DNA of 64,000 nucleotides from a virus (Duplodnaviria; Caudoviricetes). Position 1 is the stretch's first letter, and the number at the start of each line of letters is the position of its first letter. A program made the translations under genes and the position numbers. Below are positions 16,663-25,932 of this stretch, in pieces. The stretch lies in the IMG/VR virus record IMGVR_UViG_3300035497_000279, positions 32,001 through 96,000 of that record. One strand, written 5' to 3'. Below the pieces are notes generated by a model. It was not told the DNA's origin. It did not search any database and saw only the letters and a program-made list of their open reading frames with translations.

Positions 16663-17592
16663 ATGGGGGAAACAAAAGATGAAACCATTGAGAGATGGTC
16701 AACTAAAAACATTAGCGATGAGAAAATTAAAAGCATTACAGATAAATTAAAATCTGGAATGAAAAAAGTTGATATCGCTGAATCTGTTGGTATATCATAT
16801 GTAACAGTTTATAGATACGCTAAAAAGTTAGGTTATGTTAAATGTAGGGGAGATAAAGAGGTAACCGAACCACTAAAACAAACAAAAAATTTAACAGAAT
16901 CTAAACCATTAGAAGAACACAATAACAGAGTACTACTAACTACAAAGAGGGAGACTTTAGAATGTGCGCTAATAAAAGATCGCCATACCGGAATTCCCAC
17001 AGATAAGTATATATTTAGTAGTATTAACCAACAAATAATGTTTAATTACAAACGTCTTGATGACATTGTTAAAAAATTCATAATTTCAAATATGGAATTT
17101 GTTAGTAATGAATCTGGAATAATGGTTGGGAGTAAGGACTTGGTTGTATATGTTACTGGGTTGGCATGTACCCAAGCATCAGTATTGAAAGTATGCCAAG
17201 AACTCAGAGTTAATTTAACTCTAATGCATTGGAACAAGCGTAGTAAACAATACTTTCCACAAGTAATTTGGAAAGATTTTGGGAGGCATAATATTAGAAG
17301 CATATTCCCGCTTACAGATAATATATGTATGCGTTGTACATATAAAGATCTTGAAGCCAATGAGTTCTATTATACAAGTGTAGTAGATGATGGTTATAAA
17401 GACAACATAATGAGAATGTATGAAAGCATAACGATCTGTAAGTCCGAAGAAGATATGTGGAATCAATATGGAGCCCAGTTCAGTGAATTAATGCCTGACA
17501 AAAATGCAAAGAAAATAATACGTGCTTTTAAAGCAAAACTCAAATCTGATGGTATGAGCAAACAGTGTTTATACCAAATGTCTACTTATTAA
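16663..17592 (+). CDS. N-terminal helix-turn-helix protein fused to an RH...YVTGL...LTL.H domain (possibly CARF/SAVED-like)
   Basis: GMKKVDIAESVGISYVTVYRY is a clear HTH; fold of second domain (DRHTGIP..YIF..VVYVTGL..LTLMHW..YFPQ) is inferred. Confidence 0.55.
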   Translation: MGETKDETIERWSTKNISDEKIKSITDKLKSGMKKVDIAESVGISYVTVYRYAKKLGYVKCRGDKEVTEPLKQTKNLTESKPLEEHNNRVLLTTKRETLECALIKDRHTGIPTDKYIFSSINQQIMFNYKRLDDIVKKFIISNMEFVSNESGIMVGSKDLVVYVTGLACTQASVLKVCQELRVNLTLMHWNKRSKQYFPQVIWKDFGRHNIRSIFPLTDNICMRCTYKDLEANEFYYTSVVDDGYKDNIMRMYESITICKSEEDMWNQYGAQFSELMPDKNAKKIIRAFKAKLKSDGMSKQCLYQMSTY

Positions 17593-17609
17593 TAATAACA
17601 AGTCTATAT

Positions 17610-17633
17610 GCGGTGAGGTATAATCCTCACCGC
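17610..17633 (+). terminator. intrinsic terminator
   Basis: GCGGTGAGG-tataat-CCTCACCGC. Confidence 0.75.
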
Positions 17634-17747
17634 TATTTCTATTCGTTTTTATTTTTTGTCTATAATTAAATTCTAATAGAATTGTATACTATATAGGTAT
17701 ATAAGTAGTACGTATTATAAAACTATATCTTAAGGAGGGAACCAAAG

Positions 17748-18251
17748 ATGGAAACAAAACAAAAATTTTTCAATTTAATCATTGCCAATGGTCCAATATT
17801 TAGTGATAATGACATTTTTAAATTGACCAGAACCAAAGGAGACTCAGATATTGAGTACATTTATGATGTACCAATGAAGGAATCAAATGGACTATACTTA
17901 TACTATTCAAGAACTAATGGTAAATCATTATTTGAGAATGAATCACTTAAGAAATTGGATAGTGCTTTTGTACTTATTTCAAATGAGCTGGATTATAGTT
18001 ATATAGACGTGAATGTAAAGACAGGCTTTGAATATATTCCTTTTGAATCAATTGTTAATTCAATCAGTAAATGGGAAAAGTATCCAGAAGCAAAAAAAGA
18101 CTTTTATAGTATTCTCGATAAGATAACTGATTTGTTTGAAGTAAATAAGTTTTCTGATTCTGATAAGAATTTCATATCAGGAGCTTATATTACTGACATG
18201 AATATCGTAAGAGAGTATGAAAGATTATGCTGGATTGCTGGTGCTGATTGA
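17748..18251 (+). CDS. hypothetical early protein
   Basis: Early motif 17683, AAGGAGG RBS, terminator 18259-18284. Confidence 0.8.
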   Translation: METKQKFFNLIIANGPIFSDNDIFKLTRTKGDSDIEYIYDVPMKESNGLYLYYSRTNGKSLFENESLKKLDSAFVLISNELDYSYIDVNVKTGFEYIPFESIVNSISKWEKYPEAKKDFYSILDKITDLFEVNKFSDSDKNFISGAYITDMNIVREYERLCWIAGAD

Positions 18252-18356
18252 TAATGATAAGCCCATGGATAAAACCATGGGCTTTTATATTTTATTATTT
18301 TTTGTTAAATTGTAAAGACTCTATAACTTTGAAGTAATATATTTATATAAGGAGGA

Positions 18357-18938
18357 ATGATTATGAAGTGCGATAAGTTAATAGTAGTTATCAATGGTAA
18401 AGGCGGATCTGGTAAAGATACTTTAGCTAATTTTGTTGCAGAGCAAATGCGGGAAGGATCAGCGGAGGTTGTAAGTAGTATTACACCAATTAAAGAAATT
18501 GCATACAAATACGGATATAGTGATGATGATAAGAATTTAATGGCTAGAAGATTCTTATCAGAGTTAAAAGCAGTATTTATAGAATGGAACGATTTACCAC
18601 TTATGTATTTAGGCCCAATTATTGATGATTTTTTAGATACACCATCTAAAAAGTTGTTATTTGTTATGATAAGAGAACCTGTGGAAATAAAGAAGTTTAA
18701 AACACTGGTTGATAGGAAGTTAGTAGATTTGACAAAGGAAGGGAATTGTCCATCTACAGAGATAGTCACTTTATTAATTAAAAGACCAGAAGTAGATAGT
18801 ATAGATTTCTGCAATGAATCAGATGATTATGTAGATAACTATAATTATGATTATATTTATAATAATGATGGAGATCTTTTCAGAGAAAAGTATAAGTTCA
18901 TGTTATTCTTTATAGATAATATACTAAGTGTATATTAA
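18357..18938 (+). CDS. deoxynucleoside monophosphate kinase-like P-loop protein
   Basis: INGKGGSGKDT Walker A, PIKEIA, R.FLSELK, IREP.EI, C-terminal YDYIYNNDG. Confidence 0.75.
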   Translation: MIMKCDKLIVVINGKGGSGKDTLANFVAEQMREGSAEVVSSITPIKEIAYKYGYSDDDKNLMARRFLSELKAVFIEWNDLPLMYLGPIIDDFLDTPSKKLLFVMIREPVEIKKFKTLVDRKLVDLTKEGNCPSTEIVTLLIKRPEVDSIDFCNESDDYVDNYNYDYIYNNDGDLFREKYKFMLFFIDNILSVY

Positions 18939-18976
18939 TTGCTATTGACTAATAAATGAAAGGAAGGATGCTATAG

Positions 18977-19120
18977 GTGTTGCATAATTTATTAGGGGAG
19001 GTTTTATCATGGATTAATGATCCTAAAAATAAAGATATGGTAATTGATATTTCTTTGGGTATATTTACATTCTGTATGATAATGTGTGCAGTCTTAGCAA
19101 TACTCATTGATCAGAATTAA
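18977..19120 (+). CDS. small membrane protein (47 aa)
   Basis: Not in track; GTG start after AGGAAGG; hydrophobic ISLGIFTFCMIMCAVLAILI. Confidence 0.5.
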   Translation: MLHNLLGEVLSWINDPKNKDMVIDISLGIFTFCMIMCAVLAILIDQN

Positions 19121-19690
19121 TAGGTATAATTACAGGAGTATATGAAAAGAACGGAGGTTAATTAATGTCTAAAAGTAATAAAAACGAAAGTGGGTTTTTG
19201 ATTTCGATGGAATTCTTAATTATAGTATAATAGAATAATCCATTTTGTATTTTCAGTTATATAAAATTGCATATACAAAATAATCATACGCCGTACTATT
19301 AGCGTAAACTAGCAAGGGCAAAATTGTAATACTTAGCTCTTGGAGAATACTTATTATGTAGATTACAACGAGACCGGCTTAACGAGACAATTCTCTACAA
19401 AAAAGTTTAAACCTTCTATGTATCAATTAATTGATATACACTTAATTATAAACTAGAAAAAGAGAGGGAGTGATCCAAGCTTGGTTGGGAGAAAATAAAA
19501 AATGTGAATAATTCATTATCTTTAACAATGAATCTTTTGATATTAAAAATTACTTTCCAATACTTTAATTTAACTTTAAGAAATGATAAGTTTGCTAGAG
19601 TTTAATATGTAAATTTTTAGTTAAACTAGAAGTATATTTTATTTACTTACGGGATAGCATTTATTAAAAGTATATTGGAGGTAAAAAGAT

Positions 19691-20494
19691 ATGTTAGTAT
19701 TAATGATTCAAGATAAGCTTGAGTTTGACGTGGATGGAATAGCTATATGTAAAGATAAAATTAGCCCTGAAGTTAAGGGGTTCTTTAAAAGAATAAATGA
19801 TTATTATAATAAAGTATTTGATACTAATTATAGTAGGAATTTTTTCTGGGGATTTAACAATCTTAATCCCCTTATTAAAACAATAGACTTATCAGTAGAA
19901 GCAATTCAGAGAGCTATGGCTATGGCATGTAAAGATTGTGATAATATCTACCTATTGGATGTACCTAAAGAGATTGCTTTGGTTACTGATTATTACAGTT
20001 TTCAGGATGCTATATACACATCTAGAAATTGTAACTCTGTTGATTTAGATTGGGAAACAATATTGCAGCTTGATAATGATAGAGAGCAACAAGTATTAAT
20101 CCCATATATAAATAAATCCTGGATCATAGAAGAAATCACATTTGCTGATCTTATTAAGAAAGTAGTATTAGAATTAGCAGATAAATATAAAGGTTATGAT
20201 GCAGAATTTTATAAAGCACCAATTGGAAAACGTATAAAGAGAGGAATACAAAGAATGACAATTAATGTAGACCCAAGGCAAATTATTGAAGGAGACACTG
20301 TTTTATGCAAATTAGAGGATCTTGGTAAATTAGGTTCTGATATTGCTGACAAATTTGATTTACGTATATATGATTCTATTTATTTGTATATCAATACAGA
20401 GCATCAAGTTTATGGTGGAGCACTATTAAGTGGATTACATTTAAATTTTTCTAAGCTTGATGTAAACTATAGTGATTATTATATTAACTATTAG
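19691..20494 (+). CDS. protein with N-terminal DUF3841-like (ADP-ribosyltransferase-fold) domain
   Basis: LMIQ...FFWG...LLDVP.E..L.TD...QVLIPYI.KSWI pattern. Confidence 0.45.
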   Translation: MLVLMIQDKLEFDVDGIAICKDKISPEVKGFFKRINDYYNKVFDTNYSRNFFWGFNNLNPLIKTIDLSVEAIQRAMAMACKDCDNIYLLDVPKEIALVTDYYSFQDAIYTSRNCNSVDLDWETILQLDNDREQQVLIPYINKSWIIEEITFADLIKKVVLELADKYKGYDAEFYKAPIGKRIKRGIQRMTINVDPRQIIEGDTVLCKLEDLGKLGSDIADKFDLRIYDSIYLYINTEHQVYGGALLSGLHLNFSKLDVNYSDYYINY

Positions 20495-20606
20495 AAGCAT
20501 GTAATACTATAAAGGTATAGGTGGATGCCTATACCTTTATAATTCTGATTTTGGTAATATATTATACTTATGATTATAGAAACTAATGATATTAAGGAGG
20601 AATAAA

Positions 20607-20975
20607 ATGGATGACAAAATATTTGAATTTATTGTAGGTGATGGAGCTGATCTAAAAGATATAGTTCGTAATGAATTATCAGATCATATTAATAAGATTA
20701 TTCTTGATGGTCTTATCAGATGTTGGGGAGAAGTGGAGTATACATTTGTAAATCATTTTATTATAAATGATAATAAAAACTTCACTATTAATTTCATTTT
20801 TAGTGACATGGTAATTTACATGTTTAAAGTTGATGATGATACTTTTAGGATGATTATAAGATATAATATAAGTCCTAATACGAGAACAGAATTGGTTATA
20901 GAAAATATACGCATCCTTACAGATCCAGATAAAATTCAAGCGTTAAACAATAAAGATAGCAAGGAGGACAAATAA
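20607..20975 (+). CDS. hypothetical protein
   Basis: AAGGAGG RBS before ATG 20607; early motif 20556. Confidence 0.75.
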   Translation: MDDKIFEFIVGDGADLKDIVRNELSDHINKIILDGLIRCWGEVEYTFVNHFIINDNKNFTINFIFSDMVIYMFKVDDDTFRMIIRYNISPNTRTELVIENIRILTDPDKIQALNNKDSKEDK

Positions 20976-21221
20976 ATGACTTGGATGAATAATATTGTAT
21001 TAAGTATTTTAAACAAACTTAACCATGAAGAAATCATATCGTTCTATAAAAAGGTTTATTGTGAGAATGATATTGTTATGAGTGAGCTTCTTAGGAATAT
21101 GAAGCTTAAGTATTTAACACCTGAAGATATATCATATCTATTAGAGTGGGCTGGAGATTCTGAATATGTAACAGCAGAGCAACTGATAAATGAAGTAAAG
21201 GAATTAGACGAATCAGCATGA
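20976..21221 (+). CDS. hypothetical protein
   Basis: AAGGAGG RBS, coupled to upstream gene. Confidence 0.75.
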   Translation: MTWMNNIVLSILNKLNHEEIISFYKKVYCENDIVMSELLRNMKLKYLTPEDISYLLEWAGDSEYVTAEQLINEVKELDESA

Positions 21222-21367
21222 ATCAATTATAAAAAGTAATAATAGCATTGACAAGAAGAATAAGGAATAATATATTGGCTAGGGTTTGTGCTCTAGCCAT
21301 ATTATTTTTTGGTTATATATTATAGTGGTGTAATAGTAAATATATTTGTAATAGGGAGGAATAAAAA

Positions 21368-22372
21368 ATGCAAAAAACCAGATGTAGAAATGACGCGTTA
21401 AAAGATTCAATTGAACTTTTAGACGAGATCAAATGTGTACTTCAGGAAGTTATAGAAGGTGAGAATCTTACTGATTCTTGTAGAAATCATAATCTTGATT
21501 ACATGAGAATACGTAGATTTATTATGGGGACTAATAGATTTTACGTAGATAATAGATTCACGATAGATACATGTGATATAGATTTTCCTGTAGAGGATGG
21601 TTATCACAGGCTCTATAGAAAGATATTCAGTTTACCGGCAAAACAGAGAATTAATTTGCCGAAAGATTTGAGAGAATCTATTGATTTTATCATAGACACA
21701 CAGTTAACCCCAATACAGGCAGATATTTTAACTAATCGTTTTGCTGTTCATGGTGTAGAGGAAGCTAAAACCATGAAGTACTTAGCCTATAAACATAATA
21801 TAAGAGAATCTAGAGTAAGAGATATTGAGATTAAAGCTCTTAGGATTTGTCGTGCAGGTAGTAATAGCAGTATTATAAGAGATGGTATGTCAAAACATTT
21901 GGAAGATGTTTCAAATAAGAAATTCATAGCTGCTAGAAAGAAGGCTGGCGAAGAGCAGAGAGCTGCCGCTGAGCGTAAATCTATTGAGGAGTTTTATGAG
22001 TCATATCTAAATGGATTATCAAATTCCGAAAAAGAAGTATGGGATGCTATAATGCATAATCTTAATTCTCGCAGAATATATGATTTAGATAGAGATGTAT
22101 TATCATCAAGAGCTTTTAATGCATTAAAAGCAATACCGAGCCAGTATGATGATCCTGATCACTATACACAGTTTCCGTATGATACTCATTCATATATAAC
22201 TCTTGGTGAGCTTATATTATTAACTGACGATAAGATATTATCTTTACATTCTTGTGGTAAAGCAACCACAAAAGAAATTGGAGAGGCTATCGAATCAATC
22301 ATACATGAATATGGTATTCCTTACACAAGAGAAGAATTCTTAGATGCTTATAAGAAATATTGTGAAGGCTAG
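21368..22372 (+). CDS. sigma-70 region 4 HTH + RNA polymerase alpha-CTD-like fusion protein
   Basis: LTPIQADIL..RF...KT...LA...NIRESRVRDIEIKALR (sigma4); LSSRAFNALK..TLGEL...T...IL.L..CGK....EI (alpha-CTD). Confidence 0.75.
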   Translation: MQKTRCRNDALKDSIELLDEIKCVLQEVIEGENLTDSCRNHNLDYMRIRRFIMGTNRFYVDNRFTIDTCDIDFPVEDGYHRLYRKIFSLPAKQRINLPKDLRESIDFIIDTQLTPIQADILTNRFAVHGVEEAKTMKYLAYKHNIRESRVRDIEIKALRICRAGSNSSIIRDGMSKHLEDVSNKKFIAARKKAGEEQRAAAERKSIEEFYESYLNGLSNSEKEVWDAIMHNLNSRRIYDLDRDVLSSRAFNALKAIPSQYDDPDHYTQFPYDTHSYITLGELILLTDDKILSLHSCGKATTKEIGEAIESIIHEYGIPYTREEFLDAYKKYCEG

Positions 22373-22427
22373 GGTTAATCCCTAGCCTATATTTTAAGAT
22401 AAATAATAAGAAAGGAGATTTATAATT

Positions 22428-22817
22428 ATGCATATGTTACCAGATGATTACAGAGATGATATGTTGCTTGGTAGATTATTATTTGATATTATTGGCGTTG
22501 CAGAAATAAGAGTGTACGGATCTGAAGGAGATATTGAACCACATTTTCACATAATAAATAATACAGTAGATATTGCTATATGTATTTTTGAAAATAGTTA
22601 TTTGCCGGCTCACTCAAATAATGTAAAATCATTAACAATAAATGATTATAATATGCTAAATAAATGGTTAAAAAAGAATGTATCTAATTTACCATTCACT
22701 GTTAATATGACTAATTGGGAAAATATATGCCTTACCTGGGATTGCTGCAATGATGGAGATACAGACCCAAATGCTCCACAACCAGAATATTTAATAAGGG
22801 AACTTATATCTAATTAA
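22428..22817 (+). CDS. PHFH-motif protein (DUF4160/HicA-like), paralog 1
   Basis: VYGSEGDIEPHFHI..IAICIFEN..LNKWL..NWE. Confidence 0.6.
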   Translation: MHMLPDDYRDDMLLGRLLFDIIGVAEIRVYGSEGDIEPHFHIINNTVDIAICIFENSYLPAHSNNVKSLTINDYNMLNKWLKKNVSNLPFTVNMTNWENICLTWDCCNDGDTDPNAPQPEYLIRELISN

Positions 22818-22869
22818 TATATTAATGCTATGGTTAATCCCTAGCCTATATTTTAAGGAGGATTTTATT

Positions 22870-23301
22870 ATGGATAATAATTCTGTATTAATAGGAATAA
22901 TTAAATTTGAAGATGAATTAAACGAAGCTGAAATAATTGCTACAGGTGGAAGATTCAATCCGTCTCGTATTGGTTTATGCAAAATAAATGTATACTCTAA
23001 TGAAGGTCAGAAACCTCATTTTCATTTATATAAATTAAATGGGAATGATGAATTTGAAACTTGCATATGTATTTATTCAAATAATTATTTTTCTCATGGA
23101 GGGAAATATACATCCAAATTAAACTCTAAACAATGCAAAGAATTAAATGATTGGTTGAAGAATCCAAATAAAACATACCCAAATCTCAGCAATTGGGAAG
23201 CAATTGTGTATGAGTGGGAACGTGGTAATGGAGGTAAGAAATTCAAAAATAAAGTTTCTGTTCAACCAGATTATGATAAAATGAATATGTTCAAAGATTA
23301 A
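22870..23301 (+). CDS. PHFH-motif protein (DUF4160/HicA-like), paralog 2
   Basis: VYSNEGQKPHFHL..CICIYSN..LNDWL..NWE; AAGGAGG RBS supports ATG 22870. Confidence 0.6.
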   Translation: MDNNSVLIGIIKFEDELNEAEIIATGGRFNPSRIGLCKINVYSNEGQKPHFHLYKLNGNDEFETCICIYSNNYFSHGGKYTSKLNSKQCKELNDWLKNPNKTYPNLSNWEAIVYEWERGNGGKKFKNKVSVQPDYDKMNMFKD

Positions 23302-23316
23302 ATAAAGGAGATTTAT

Positions 23317-23691
23317 ATGATAGTTAAGCATGGAAGAGATGAAAAGTTTGTAGGAGAACTTAATTTCGACAAAATAGGAGTCGCTAAAATGTGGGTATAT
23401 GGAGATGAAGGTAACTTACCACCACATTTTCATATTATTAATAACGAAACAGATTTAGCTATATGTATTTTTGATAATGCATATATACAAAAGCATTCTA
23501 AATATATTAATATGATAACAGATAAAGATTGTAAGATGCTTAATGAATGGTTTACAGATAATATATCAGATATGCCATTTAAAATTAATAATTGGAATGC
23601 AACCGCTGGATTATGGGAGTCTAGTAATGGTTTAACTGGCAGGGAACGTAATCAAACAATTTATTCTATAAATGAATTTAAAGCCATTTAA
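23317..23691 (+). CDS. PHFH-motif protein (DUF4160/HicA-like), paralog 3
   Basis: VYGDEGNLPPHFHI..LAICIFDN..LNEWF..NW. Confidence 0.6.
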   Translation: MIVKHGRDEKFVGELNFDKIGVAKMWVYGDEGNLPPHFHIINNETDLAICIFDNAYIQKHSKYINMITDKDCKMLNEWFTDNISDMPFKINNWNATAGLWESSNGLTGRERNQTIYSINEFKAI

Positions 23692-23751
23692 AAATTACAG
23701 CTAGGCTATTATTGTCTAGCTGTATTATTTTTTGCTTAATCTAATTCCTTG

Positions 23752-23764
23752 GACAATCTATTAA
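23752..23764 (+). promoter_or_regulatory. late-type promoter GACA-atctat-TAA
   Basis: Recurrent motif upstream of GAAAGGAGG RBS. Confidence 0.65.
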
Positions 23765-23786
23765 TGTAAGAAAGGAGGTCTTATAA

Positions 23787-25931
23787 ATGGCTTTAGAAGA
23801 ATTTAAAAGCTCTAATAATCCATCTGATAAAAGGGCACTACTTGTTCGTACTGCTACAGACACTCTAAAAATTTATGGTATTGATTATTCTATTACTGTT
23901 AAAGATAGGGATGATTTTATTAGTGGTAAGAAAAATGACTTTGGAGATATATCATTATGCTTTATGCTTGGAAGGAATATAAATAAAGCATGTAGAGTTG
24001 TCAATAAAGCAATTAAGAATTTTGGTGGGGAATTTGAGCAGGGTAATCATGGGATGGCTTTCTTATATCTAAATAGAAATGATGATGATTTAGAATTACC
24101 AGAGGATGAATCTCAAGATATTCATTTTATTCTGGATAATACAGATCCATCAAGAGTATTCTTATCCTCAGATTGGCATATATTTGGTGATCATTACGGT
24201 AAAGGTAAGAATCATGTAAATATTAGAGATATTGTATCATGGTGTAAGAAAAATATTAAAGATGATGATGTGTTTATTTTTTTAGGAGATCTTACTCATA
24301 GATATTGCAATGAAGAAGATCAACAGAAAGCATCAGCAATTTATAGATCAATTCCAGGAATCAAAGTATTAATTTTGGGTAATCATGATATTATTACTGG
24401 AGAAGACTTCTATAACAATTGTGGATTTGATTTCATATTTAATGAATTAATTCATAATGGAGTAATATATACTCATAGACCAAAGAATATTGATATAGAG
24501 CCTGAATGTTATCTTAATATTCATGGTCATAAACACAATGTAAGAACTTATAATGTTACTGATGGCAAGAGTTCTATAAATGTATATCCTGAATTCTTTG
24601 ATAATAAACCTACTACATTGAAATATTGTTTAGCTCATGTAGGAAAACTTACCAAAGACAATATTCAAGATTATGGTTCTAATTATAAAGAGAGCACAAT
24701 AAGTGAAACTAAAAGATCAGAATTACCAAGTTCATCATTTGGAATTCCAGAAGATAGAAAATTCCCATTAGATACAAAACAGCATATCAATTCTGCTATT
24801 AAGTTATTTGGTCATGCTGAAGAATCTAAGAAGAAATTATTAGCAAAGAGAATATCTAGCGCTGCTAAGAAGTATAATATTTCTATTAAAGATGATTCTC
24901 AGGTTGCTAAATATTTATCTGAAGCATCTGATGTAGTTTATCAGAAGGATTCTATCATGGTTAATAATGATGGAGAACTTATTGAGATGGATATTAAGAA
25001 TATTTGTCATTGGTATGTAACTGCATCAAGATATCCAGGAGATATACCTGAAGAGAATTATTCTAAAAATCTTATAGATGCAATAGAAAGTTGTGAAGAT
25101 ATAACTGAAGAAAATAATCAGTTATATGTATTCATTTGTAATGGATTAAGAAGAGATCTAGATCATTGTTTTAAAGGTATTTGTGTTGGTATTATTACTG
25201 TAGATGAGAATAAGCAATATGAATGGTTAATTCAATATCCAATAGATTTAGTAGATGGAGAGTATAAAGGATTAAGCATTAATGAATGGGCTATGTCTTC
25301 AGTAAATCCTATAGTAGGGGTTAGTAAACCATTTATTATGAAGATAGGAACTATGGATTCTACATTAAATCCTAAACAATATTTATTCTCTCCAGATGTA
25401 GTTTCTGATAAGTATTTAGCTATATCTGAAGATGCTAAACTTACTATAGTAGATGCTAAATCTGTTGCTAATTATTATATTGAATCAGAATATGAATTTG
25501 TTGGTGATAGAAGAAAACTAAGTAAGATATATGAAGCTTATAAATCTGGTAAGATTGTAGATAATACATTCTTCTATACTGCTCTTGCTGGGAAACCATT
25601 ATTAACAGAAGATCAAATTGATTTTGATAAAGATTTTAGAAAGATTAATTTTAAAGCTTTAAAAGAATCATTTATCGGAAAACTTGCAACTACAGAATCT
25701 CAATATAATTCTATATCTAGAATAAGTAATAATGTTATAGATATTGGATTGTCTGAATCTATATATGGTACGCTAGATACTAAGTATGGTATTAAAGCTA
25801 AGTTTTCTTTAGATGGGTATTATTTAGAATCGTCAGTATTGAATACAAGAAGTCCATATTATGATACATTAGAAGAATTGAAAGAATCAGATTCTAGTTG
25901 GTTAAGACTGGATTTTCAGGAGGTGATATAA
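23787..25931 (+). CDS. multi-domain protein: calcineurin-like metallophosphoesterase + DUF6582-like domain + unknown C-terminal region
   Basis: SDWH, LGD, GNHD, THRP, HGHKH motifs; RSELPSSSFGIPEDRKFPLDTKQHINSAIKLF; x-E-S linkers. Confidence 0.75.
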   Translation: MALEEFKSSNNPSDKRALLVRTATDTLKIYGIDYSITVKDRDDFISGKKNDFGDISLCFMLGRNINKACRVVNKAIKNFGGEFEQGNHGMAFLYLNRNDDDLELPEDESQDIHFILDNTDPSRVFLSSDWHIFGDHYGKGKNHVNIRDIVSWCKKNIKDDDVFIFLGDLTHRYCNEEDQQKASAIYRSIPGIKVLILGNHDIITGEDFYNNCGFDFIFNELIHNGVIYTHRPKNIDIEPECYLNIHGHKHNVRTYNVTDGKSSINVYPEFFDNKPTTLKYCLAHVGKLTKDNIQDYGSNYKESTISETKRSELPSSSFGIPEDRKFPLDTKQHINSAIKLFGHAEESKKKLLAKRISSAAKKYNISIKDDSQVAKYLSEASDVVYQKDSIMVNNDGELIEMDIKNICHWYVTASRYPGDIPEENYSKNLIDAIESCEDITEENNQLYVFICNGLRRDLDHCFKGICVGIITVDENKQYEWLIQYPIDLVDGEYKGLSINEWAMSSVNPIVGVSKPFIMKIGTMDSTLNPKQYLFSPDVVSDKYLAISEDAKLTIVDAKSVANYYIESEYEFVGDRRKLSKIYEAYKSGKIVDNTFFYTALAGKPLLTEDQIDFDKDFRKINFKALKESFIGKLATTESQYNSISRISNNVIDIGLSESIYGTLDTKYGIKAKFSLDGYYLESSVLNTRSPYYDTLEELKESDSSWLRLDFQEVI

Positions 25932-25932
25932 A

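Noticed and set aside
19141-19680. tRNA, tmRNA or group I/II intron
   Set aside because: No cloverleaf or T-loop, tmRNA termini, or intron core motifs recognised
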